DNA of 41,149 nt from positions 1 to 41,149 of the IMG/VR virus record IMGVR_UViG_3300032221_000083. One strand, given 5' to 3'. The notes below the pieces were generated by a model, which ran no database searches, was not told the DNA's origin, and was given only the letters and a program-made list of their open reading frames with translations. Position numbers and translations under genes: made by a program. Shown in pieces: positions 27,554-34,854 of this stretch. The DNA comes from a virus. Taxonomy: Duplodnaviria; Caudoviricetes. How positions within the stretch are numbered: the first letter of the stretch is position 1; each line of letters starts with the position of its first letter.

Positions 27554-29119
27554 CTATGCGCTTGCTTCTTCGAACAAATGTAATAGTTGCTCCTGTATGC
27601 GTTGCTTACTCCGGAGCATAGAGTAAACACGTTTCTCTACTGGGGTTCCTTGGATCATTATTATTTGCTGTTTGTGTTTCTGTCCTACCCTTCTTATTCT
27701 CGCGTTGGCTTGGTCAAACGTCTCCAGATCAAGCACAGGCGATACCCATATAGCAGTCGTCGCTGCTGTAAGGGTGATGCCGTGTGCTAGACATGCAGGG
27801 TGCGCAAGCAAGACCTTATACTTATCAGTGTTCTGAAAAGTGTGGAATATATCTGAACGCTTACCTGCTGCGGTATCTCCAGATACTACCGCATGTTCTA
27901 TATCTTCAGCGTCTAGCGCCTTAGATAATCCTGCCAGCGCGTGTTTGAAATTAACAAACGCCAGAACTTTTTTATCTGTATCATTTATTATATCTACAAC
28001 TGCTTCTATCCTCTTATCATTATCCAGAGCTACAATCCCTTGTCCTTTTGCGTACACCCACCCAGAGCTTATCTGCAGGAGCTTGCTCATCGCAACACCT
28101 GCATTCGCTGCTGTTATTTCTTTGTTCTCTACCATGGCGTAGCATTTACGCATCACATCTTTGTATGTTTTTTCTTGTTGCGTACCCATCTCTACATCTA
28201 CAGTGCGCTCGATTAGCTGCGGCAGTTCTTGAACATCATCCAATGAATACCGAACGCTCGGCTGCAAGACTGAAAATGCTTTCTCTACTGCATCAGATTT
28301 GGGAGCCCATTTGTACTGGTTTATTCTAGTCATAATCTCATCACGAAACCTGCCAAAATATTTCGGCACATTATCAGGCGTGATGATAGAGGCTTGTGCC
28401 CATACATCTGTAGGGGAGTTAGGAATTGGGCGTCCTGTCATTGCCCAAGCCCAAGACTTTCCTTTTACAAACGACCTCATATTCTTTGTTCTGTCGCTCG
28501 TACCATTGCGGTACAAAGACATTTCATCGATCACGATAGCGTCTATATCAGCGCGTTGGTCAAGTGCATCGCGCATGACCTTCATACCATCGTGATTAAT
28601 GACAAAAATATCTGCGTCTTCTTCCAGAAGTTTTAGTCTGCGTTCTTTATTATAATGGTGTAGCACTACGCACTTCAGATGCGGAACAGTGGTGAAGACT
28701 TCTCTTGCCCATGTAAAGTTCAAGGTGGATAGCGGGGCTACAACGAGTAGCTTGTGAGCCAGACCCAATCCCTTCAGATAATCAAAAGCCCATAGAGCAG
28801 TCTTTGTTTTACCTGTTCCAAGATCATTCAACACATACGCACGTTGGTTCATTGTGAGCATGGCGCATGTCTTTTTCTGAACATCGAATGGTTGGCGCAT
28901 ACCGGGCCAATCATACATTGTCAGAATAGGAGCCGGGATATCGTAGCCCAGCCGCTGTAAAAGAAATGTCTGCGGCGGAGCGTAAGGAACGGCAGCTGTC
29001 TGCTTACCTTTGAGGGTAAGTCTCGGCAGGTCTGGAAACAAGTTCTGTATAGTAGGAACATCTGGGACCATAACAACCCCATGTTTCTTACTAATCTGGA
29101 ATTGATTGCTTGGTGTCAT
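27554..29119 (-). CDS. SNF2-family (SF2) helicase
   Basis: DLGTGKT, VIDE, MTGRP, HGITLT and QANARIRRVGQ motifs. Confidence 0.9.
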   Translation of the reverse strand: MTPSNQFQISKKHGVVMVPDVPTIQNLFPDLPRLTLKGKQTAAVPYAPPQTFLLQRLGYDIPAPILTMYDWPGMRQPFDVQKKTCAMLTMNQRAYVLNDLGTGKTKTALWAFDYLKGLGLAHKLLVVAPLSTLNFTWAREVFTTVPHLKCVVLHHYNKERRLKLLEEDADIFVINHDGMKVMRDALDQRADIDAIVIDEMSLYRNGTSDRTKNMRSFVKGKSWAWAMTGRPIPNSPTDVWAQASIITPDNVPKYFGRFRDEIMTRINQYKWAPKSDAVEKAFSVLQPSVRYSLDDVQELPQLIERTVDVEMGTQQEKTYKDVMRKCYAMVENKEITAANAGVAMSKLLQISSGWVYAKGQGIVALDNDKRIEAVVDIINDTDKKVLAFVNFKHALAGLSKALDAEDIEHAVVSGDTAAGKRSDIFHTFQNTDKYKVLLAHPACLAHGITLTAATTAIWVSPVLDLETFDQANARIRRVGQKHKQQIIMIQGTPVEKRVYSMLRSKQRIQEQLLHLFEEASA

Positions 29120-29411
29120 CGTGGGTAGCTTTCAAATAATCTTCTAGTTGCTTAGTGTCATCTTCACCGCAGATTACAAAGGTGGTTCCTCCTGCGGATA
29201 AGATTTCTGCTATGGTTCTCTCTTGTCTTTCTGTTGGTTTACCTCCTGCTTTCTTTGTCTCTATGGCTACAAAGTTTCCTCTTATGCACAAGAGATAATC
29301 TAAAGAAGGAACACCGTAACCTGTTTGCACTGGCATAAATTTATAGATGTCAGGATACTTCGATAGTACCTTGTTCACCTTTGCTTTCACCTTGCTTTCC
29401 GGCGTCGGCAT
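29091..29411 (-). CDS. VRR-NUC nuclease
   Basis: TPESKVK, GYGVPSLDYL, FVAIETK, PTERQ, AGG motifs. Confidence 0.85.
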   Translation of the reverse strand: MPTPESKVKAKVNKVLSKYPDIYKFMPVQTGYGVPSLDYLLCIRGNFVAIETKKAGGKPTERQERTIAEILSAGGTTFVICGEDDTKQLEDYLKATHDDTKQSIPD

Positions 29412-29544
29412 TTAAAGTTTTCTCCAGCGCAGACACACGCGCTTCCAGAACTTGGTAGCCTTCTATCGTAGCGACCAAGCCCTTGTGCATCTTTTCAAGC
29501 GCTTTGAAAACCTTACTAAATTCAGCATGTAGGCTCAAGTCCAT
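29350..29544 (-). CDS. small coiled-coil hypothetical protein
   Basis: ATG 29544 with RBS GGAGAG; LEARVSALE heptads. Confidence 0.5.
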   Translation of the reverse strand: MDLSLHAEFSKVFKALEKMHKGLVATIEGYQVLEARVSALEKTLNADAGKQGESKGEQGTIEVS

Positions 29545-29545
29545 T

Positions 29546-30229
29546 TTACTCTCCATTATATTTGCAGGTTGTGACTGGGCACCATCTGCGGCAGAGGGCA
29601 CTTTGTTTCGGAGGAAAACTATTTGTCTCATGAGCCGAACGCAGCAGTTCAATTCTTGGCATTAAGTCTTTCCATACCATAGCCATGTCATTGCGATCAT
29701 AATCTGCCCGTGTAGTGGCATCTTCTTTTAACCATATAAACTCAGCCCTGATCTTCTTAACGCAAGGGTGATGAGCAAAGACACATTGCGCCATTAGCGC
29801 AAGCTGAGCCGCATCTTCTAGTATCTTCCCGGTTTTCCAATCCATTACCAGAGCGACTGGCCCTGTGATCTTTATAACGTCAGCGATACCGCGATACCAT
29901 GCAGACGGTGCAAACCAATCACACCCACTAAACTCAGCGTCTATTGCTAATTTCTGTTCTACTAATAACTTACCTCCACCGGTAAGCACATCATCTACCC
30001 AATACTTCAAATGCTTATACGGCTCAGGTAGTGGGGCTGTTTGTTGTATAGCTTCTGCAAGTGCTTTATGGACAGCGTTACCATACGCTAGATGTTCGCT
30101 TTCTTCTTCCTTGATATTTTTTAGTAGGTCTATTTGTTCATAGCGATGCGGACACGTTTCAAAGTTTTTTAATTTACTATAGCTCCAAGCGAATTGCTTA
30201 GGCTTGCGGCGTATTGTTGTCACCTGCAT
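29546..30229 (-). CDS. PD-(D/E)XK Cas4/RecB-like exonuclease
   Basis: WSYSKLKNFETCP, GNAVH, RGIADV, DWKTGK, QLAL and C..C...C motifs. Confidence 0.85.
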   Translation of the reverse strand: MQVTTIRRKPKQFAWSYSKLKNFETCPHRYEQIDLLKNIKEEESEHLAYGNAVHKALAEAIQQTAPLPEPYKHLKYWVDDVLTGGGKLLVEQKLAIDAEFSGCDWFAPSAWYRGIADVIKITGPVALVMDWKTGKILEDAAQLALMAQCVFAHHPCVKKIRAEFIWLKEDATTRADYDRNDMAMVWKDLMPRIELLRSAHETNSFPPKQSALCRRWCPVTTCKYNGE

Positions 30230-30494
30230 GTAGCAATTCCTTAGCGAGATTAACTAATCGTTGTTTTTCTGTTTCATCTATCCAATATCCAACTCTACGT
30301 TTGGATCGGATTATAGGCTCCCACTTTTCCATGTGCTCTTTAAGGCTTTTTACAATCACATGGGCTGGAGTGTCTGTTTCTAGTTCTTCTTTTACCTCAA
30401 CCGGCGATAACATTTTGTGGGTTAGCAGAAGTTTTAATAGCTTGCCTTTCTGCGGGGGCAGTTGGAAAGCTACGTCCAATGCTGATCTTGGCAT
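30198..30494 (-). CDS. winged-helix DNA-binding protein (OmpR/PhoB CTD-like)
   Basis: LPPQKGKLLKLLL...HVIVKSLK...IRSKRRVGYWI. Confidence 0.7.
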   Translation of the reverse strand: MPRSALDVAFQLPPQKGKLLKLLLTHKMLSPVEVKEELETDTPAHVIVKSLKEHMEKWEPIIRSKRRVGYWIDETEKQRLVNLAKELLHAGDNNTPQA

Positions 30495-30504
30495 GACGAT
30501 CCGG

Positions 30505-30576
30505 AAAAAATGGGGGGCGCAGGGGTAGCGGCCCCCCTAGTCTAGGGAGGAAACGCCCAAAGCAGGGCGTCACCAG
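30505..30576 (-). ncRNA. MmgR/suhB (alpha-r8)-like small RNA
   Basis: Minus strand: ACGCCC-TGCTTT-GGGCGT hairpin, TTCCTCCCTAGACT linker, GGGGGGCCGC-TACCCCT-GCGCCCCCC terminator hairpin, then ATTTTTT; matches my recollection of the alpha-r8 core; 5' end estimated. Confidence 0.8.
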
Positions 30577-30581
30577 AACAC

Positions 30582-30609
30582 TATGTAGTAACTATCTAGT
30601 ACTTGTCAA
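30582..30609 (-). promoter_or_regulatory. sigma70-type promoter of the sRNA
   Basis: TTGACA (30609-30604)-N16-TACATA (30587-30582), or N18-CATAGT. Confidence 0.6.
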
Positions 30610-30999
30610 CCCTCTACAAAGGGGAACACCTAATTTATTTAAGTCTGTCCCTCGTAATACTGTAAACTCAACTCTGTTTAACGCGCCTACCTTTTCAAGG
30701 TAATCTGCAACGCGGGGATACGTACTGTACGCACTCCATAGAAGTGCATTACCTCCCATATCTATATTCTTTGTATGCTCTATGTGTGCTCCGTGAAACC
30801 TCCATTTTGAGTTTGGTTGTACACAACGCGCAGAACGCAACGCCATCGTCCCGCCAGAGGAGTAAACTGTATCACGCTCTCCAATGCCGGAAGCTGCTGT
30901 AACGTACCAACATTCGTTTACTTCCCCGCCATGTTGCAGGGTGCAAGCTAACGCTGGTGTCGTAAAAAGAATACCTGCAAGGGTAAGGATTTTATTCAT
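30592..30999 (-). CDS. secreted ClpP/crotonase-like protein
   Basis: Signal peptide ending TPALA; HGG...YSSGGT...CVQPNSKWRFH...YP...GAL...LRGTDL...C resembles alphaproteobacterial periplasmic ClpP-like proteins. Confidence 0.5.
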   Translation of the reverse strand: MNKILTLAGILFTTPALACTLQHGGEVNECWYVTAASGIGERDTVYSSGGTMALRSARCVQPNSKWRFHGAHIEHTKNIDMGGNALLWSAYSTYPRVADYLEKVGALNRVEFTVLRGTDLNKLGVPLCRGLTSTR

Positions 31000-31261
31000 A
31001 ATAAGTCTCCATTGGGGGCAAAGTCATTCCAAGTTGAAAACCTGCGCTTGACAATACATCTTCTACTTCTTTGAGAGATTTACGCCCAAAATTTGGAAAG
31101 CTCAGTAGTTCTGATTTAGTCATTGTTACAAGTTCGTAAATATAGTGTATATCATTATACATAAACATATTCAGAGCACGAATGCCGACATCAAGCTCGC
31201 CTGTTTTACACAACAAGCCTAGCCGTTTTAATTTTTCTCCTTTTGGTTCAGCATCGTTCAC
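30992..31261 (-). CDS. stand-alone RNA polymerase alpha-subunit CTD-like protein
   Basis: LDVGIRALN...IHYIYELV...ELLSFPNFGRKSLKEVEDVL...GFQLGM; GTG start at 31261 with GGAG RBS. Confidence 0.85.
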   Translation of the reverse strand: MNDAEPKGEKLKRLGLLCKTGELDVGIRALNMFMYNDIHYIYELVTMTKSELLSFPNFGRKSLKEVEDVLSSAGFQLGMTLPPMETYYE

Positions 31262-31788
31262 AATAAGTCTCCATCGAATGTAGCTACAAAAACTTGTCTG
31301 CATTGCTGCGGCCTACAAAAACCTTGGGCATGAAAACATCCTTCGAATACAGCAAACTTATCCATAGCGGGTTGGATTGTGTATGTTATCTTTTCACCCT
31401 TCTCGTCAAACAAGAATGTTTCTCCCTTGTCGAACTTATTTAGATAAATCAATAACGATTTATGCGGAAAGTCAGGATGGTCATTGTGTGGATCGCCATG
31501 CAAACTCGGGTCTGCATATGTGAGATTAAACGCCATCCTGTATATTGTGCGAACTATTATATTGTTTTTACGGCATAGCCGCATGAACATTTCGACTGCT
31601 TTAGGTGCGTACGAAGAATGCAAAACTCCGGGCTCTTTCTTGTCAGTACGCATGATTAAATTATGCGTCAGGCAAGGAAAATTATGTGTTGCCATACCGT
31701 GGTACCAAGGAAATTCAGAACCTCCTATCGTAAGAAGGAAATCCAAATCTTCTTGCTCAAAGTTACACATTCCTTCTAGCAGTATCAT
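31258..31788 (-). CDS. 2OG-Fe(II) oxygenase
   Basis: HND (HxD), LIYLN..DKGET, FEG..HA, distal R. Confidence 0.75.
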   Translation of the reverse strand: MILLEGMCNFEQEDLDFLLTIGGSEFPWYHGMATHNFPCLTHNLIMRTDKKEPGVLHSSYAPKAVEMFMRLCRKNNIIVRTIYRMAFNLTYADPSLHGDPHNDHPDFPHKSLLIYLNKFDKGETFLFDEKGEKITYTIQPAMDKFAVFEGCFHAQGFCRPQQCRQVFVATFDGDLL

Positions 31789-32057
31789 TTCCGTTTTCCT
31801 CTCAGCACCTCGGATACACGCCCCGGATTTACATTATGAACTCTTGCTATCTTTACATACGACCAGTCTGGATTGGCTTTTGCTGTCGCTCTAATAGCTC
31901 TGGCGACCACTGGCGTCATCGGAGTAGAGGAAGACTTACTTCTGCGGGTAGGTTTTCGTCTTGGGATTTCCTCAAGAATGTCTTGTAACCTTCCTGATAG
32001 AAGGTTGAGAGCGAAAGCGATCTTCTTCAGGTCTGCTTCGATTTCTGGCAACGTCAT
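31785..32057 (-). CDS. small HTH protein
   Basis: PDWSYVKIARVHNVNPGRVSEVLRGKR. Confidence 0.65.
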   Translation of the reverse strand: MTLPEIEADLKKIAFALNLLSGRLQDILEEIPRRKPTRRSKSSSTPMTPVVARAIRATAKANPDWSYVKIARVHNVNPGRVSEVLRGKRK

Positions 32058-33913
32058 TTTGCTTCTCCATATGATTGACCAACACCAGCTTCAGCATCCA
32101 AGGGTAAGTCTTTTGCCCACTCAGGACGCCGCCGCATCTCTTCCAAAACAGTAGCGGTACAGACATCAACAAGATCATCTGGAACAATGTAGATAAGCTC
32201 ATCGTGCGCTTGACCAGCGAGCTCAACCCCAAACGAAGAAAGCCGCTTCTCAATAGCCACCGCGCTATCCATCACGCAAATTCTAGCCAATGCTTGCACT
32301 ATATTTTCTAGCAGCTTACCTCCGTATAAAGTCTTCTTCATACCTCCGAAGGTAAATCTCCATCCGTCAGGTTCACGTTCAAGGCCGGGGTAATGCAGAT
32401 GCAAGCCACTCGGTAGCGTCACCTTGCCGTGCTCAAAGACGCAAGGGCCAAGATTGTAAGATGATTTCATACCTGCAAGGATGGAGATAGCATTATCCAA
32501 AGCGCGCCATGTCATAGGCACAGCGTCGTTAATGCGACGGTATGTACCTACAACATTTTGTGCTTCGACATCGCTCAATTCAATCTGGGTGCCGGTCTGC
32601 GCTTTGCTCTGCATCTTCACCGTCTTTTGGAACTTCACCCATCCAACGCCATAGCCAAGTCCAAGGATACCTGTCTTACCCACGAAGCGTTCTGTCGGGT
32701 TCTTTTTCTTATCCACTTTGAAGCCGAACACCGCAGAGGCGAAGTTAGAATAGACATCCTCGTTCTTCGCAAACTGAAAGACTAGATCGCTTTGTCCGCA
32801 TATCCACGCAACAATGCGCGCTTCGATCTGTGAACTGTCCACTGTTAGAACTTTGTACCCCGGCGGCGCTATGAGTGCGCGCCGTAGTGCGCCACCACGC
32901 GGAAGGTTCTGCGTATTGAGTGACCACTCTCCGGACAACCGATGCGTATGTGCGCCAGCATATCTTAGTGGGATAGGCATCATCGCTGCTGGCTTACCGC
33001 GCCAAGTAAGGTTGGACATACTCAATAATCTTTCTGTCCTTGTTTCTTCGAGCGTAGATTTTACACCCAACCTTGCTGCGATAAGCATCTGAACTTCTGG
33101 AGTGTCATGGTCTAGCAGCGCCATAAACTCTGGATCAGTACGACTAAACGCATATGTTTCGTTACCAGTGGCTGGGCTTACCTTCTTAGGTACGTCAACT
33201 CCCATCAACAAAAGAGTATTCGCCAACCGCTCGTTACTCATCAGGGCATCTTTATCTATACCAATCTTAGCGAGCAGGTTCTCCTTGGTAGCTCGCACAA
33301 GATGTAAATGCTCAGCCAATACATCAGCATCAAGCTGGAACTTGGGGTTAAGCGCGCAGCGCAACACCATATCCATGATGATTAGCTCTTGGGTTGGGAA
33401 CGACGGACGCATCTTCTCGTATAAAGCTGCGCACAAGCGCACGTCCTGCAGAGCGTATTCAACAAACTGTGGGTAAAACCCAGATTGTTTTATGTCCTCT
33501 AGCATCATACCTTTTGTAGCTTGAAGGACAGCCCCGCCTTCGGCCTTACCGCCTAAGCCAAAGAACTCTGCAACTTTAGCTAAAGAGTGAGACTTCAGCG
33601 CCCATGAGTTGAGCGCTCTGCTCATGCCTAAGGTATCGATTGTGAGGCGCGGAATAAAATCATAATACCATGCTGTAATACACGCATCGAACAAAGCGTT
33701 GTGGCTAACTAGAGCGACCTTGTTAGGGTCTAGCGAAGCAAACCAAGCGGGCAGATCAGGGCCATCAATCCAAACCGGATCGCCGCCCTTCTTCATGACG
33801 GCTGCACCGTGAACAGAAAACAGCGGAGATAAAATATATTCAACAGGTGTCATCTTGCTCAGCGAGAAGTCCTTCGACCAGTATGTTTCGTAGTCGATAA
33901 AATAAATTTCCAC
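32054..33913 (-). CDS. polA: family A DNA polymerase with 3'-5' exonuclease
   Basis: DYET, HNALFD and YALQD exonuclease motifs; DSSQIEAR (A), KTGILGLGYG (B), HDE (C); GTG start. Confidence 0.92.
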   Translation of the reverse strand: MEIYFIDYETYWSKDFSLSKMTPVEYILSPLFSVHGAAVMKKGGDPVWIDGPDLPAWFASLDPNKVALVSHNALFDACITAWYYDFIPRLTIDTLGMSRALNSWALKSHSLAKVAEFFGLGGKAEGGAVLQATKGMMLEDIKQSGFYPQFVEYALQDVRLCAALYEKMRPSFPTQELIIMDMVLRCALNPKFQLDADVLAEHLHLVRATKENLLAKIGIDKDALMSNERLANTLLLMGVDVPKKVSPATGNETYAFSRTDPEFMALLDHDTPEVQMLIAARLGVKSTLEETRTERLLSMSNLTWRGKPAAMMPIPLRYAGAHTHRLSGEWSLNTQNLPRGGALRRALIAPPGYKVLTVDSSQIEARIVAWICGQSDLVFQFAKNEDVYSNFASAVFGFKVDKKKNPTERFVGKTGILGLGYGVGWVKFQKTVKMQSKAQTGTQIELSDVEAQNVVGTYRRINDAVPMTWRALDNAISILAGMKSSYNLGPCVFEHGKVTLPSGLHLHYPGLEREPDGWRFTFGGMKKTLYGGKLLENIVQALARICVMDSAVAIEKRLSSFGVELAGQAHDELIYIVPDDLVDVCTATVLEEMRRRPEWAKDLPLDAEAGVGQSYGEAK

Positions 33914-33933
33914 GCTTACCTCCTGCGGTAGGG

Positions 33934-33962
33934 TTGACGAAAGCCATCACGAACTATATCTA
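33934..33962 (+). promoter_or_regulatory. putative sigma70 promoter divergent from polA
   Basis: TTGACG (33934-33939)-N17-TATCTA, overlapping CTATAT; immediately next to a palindromic operator copy. Confidence 0.5.
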
Positions 33963-33967
33963 GATAT

Positions 33968-34051
33968 CGTCGGTCATCACGACGCATCATCCTGTGGGTA
34001 GGATATTGGGACGGTGAGAGGGTGTGGTTCCCCTCTCATCGTCTTTCTTTT
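33968..34051 (+). ncRNA. candidate small RNA with three hairpins and intrinsic terminator
   Basis: CGTCG/CGACG, ATCCTG/TAGGAT and a 13-bp GACGGTGAGAGGG/CCCTCTCATCGTC stem followed by TTTCTTTT; G-U pairs and U-tract work only on the + strand. Confidence 0.55.
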
Positions 34052-34706
34052 ATATATTGATCATCACTGTGACAGGGCGTCTGGGCACCTCGTCAGGCAT
34101 AAGCCGCGCTGCATTTATTATCGCAGTTATATCGCGCAACGCTTGCTTGGTGTCAGGGTTAAGGGCTGGACGCTGCGAGGGTGAAGACTTAGCTGCCTTA
34201 GCAATACGTTTACCAATACTAGAATTAGTATCAGTAAACAAAGACGCAAGGGTTGGCCAATAGAATAGAACCTGCGTCATAGTAGTACATGTGTTGTTAA
34301 GCGTATCGAGCGCAGTGCTAAACCTAAACTTCTTCTCGGCTACATCAACTGCAGATATTAGCCAATCATTTAGCCTACCTTCGAGGTAAGGTTTAATCTC
34401 ATGCTCCTTCATTGTAATATAGTCAGGACGTAATACAGATTTATCTTCTGTGATTATCCTAACTCTGTAGTCTTTATACTTTGTATCGAAGCTCCATGTT
34501 TCGTAGTTCTGCTGATTAACTGTCAGCATACCAGCCAGCTTGCATGTCTCAATATGCTGAGGCTCATAAAACTCAGTGAGTATGTCATCCATTGTGATGT
34601 CATGAGGCAGATGACGCAGGATACGTTCGCATAGATTATTTACAATGCGCGAGATATCTGAACGATCCTGTCCGTCTAGCGGTTTCTTATTAGGTTTGCT
34701 TCGCAT
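34050..34706 (-). CDS. hypothetical protein
   Basis: ATG 34706 with GGAG 8 nt upstream; T..QV...WP.L motif. Confidence 0.65.
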   Translation of the reverse strand: MRSKPNKKPLDGQDRSDISRIVNNLCERILRHLPHDITMDDILTEFYEPQHIETCKLAGMLTVNQQNYETWSFDTKYKDYRVRIITEDKSVLRPDYITMKEHEIKPYLEGRLNDWLISAVDVAEKKFRFSTALDTLNNTCTTMTQVLFYWPTLASLFTDTNSSIGKRIAKAAKSSPSQRPALNPDTKQALRDITAIINAARLMPDEVPRRPVTVMINI

Positions 34707-34854
34707 AGTTCTCACTCCATAAGTTAAAGATAAGTGACGGCTTGAAGGGTTTCACGGTCATGCAATGCGCGCTTAGTAGCCAACCGAACCCAACCTTGTA
34801 GCGCCTCACACGCTTGCCCGTTGCCGTCGCGGATGCAGGGAAGTGCAACGGCTA

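Noticed and set aside
29546-30229. Cas4-like nuclease as evidence of CRISPR-Cas
   Set aside because: It lies in a standard phage replication module with no other cas genes
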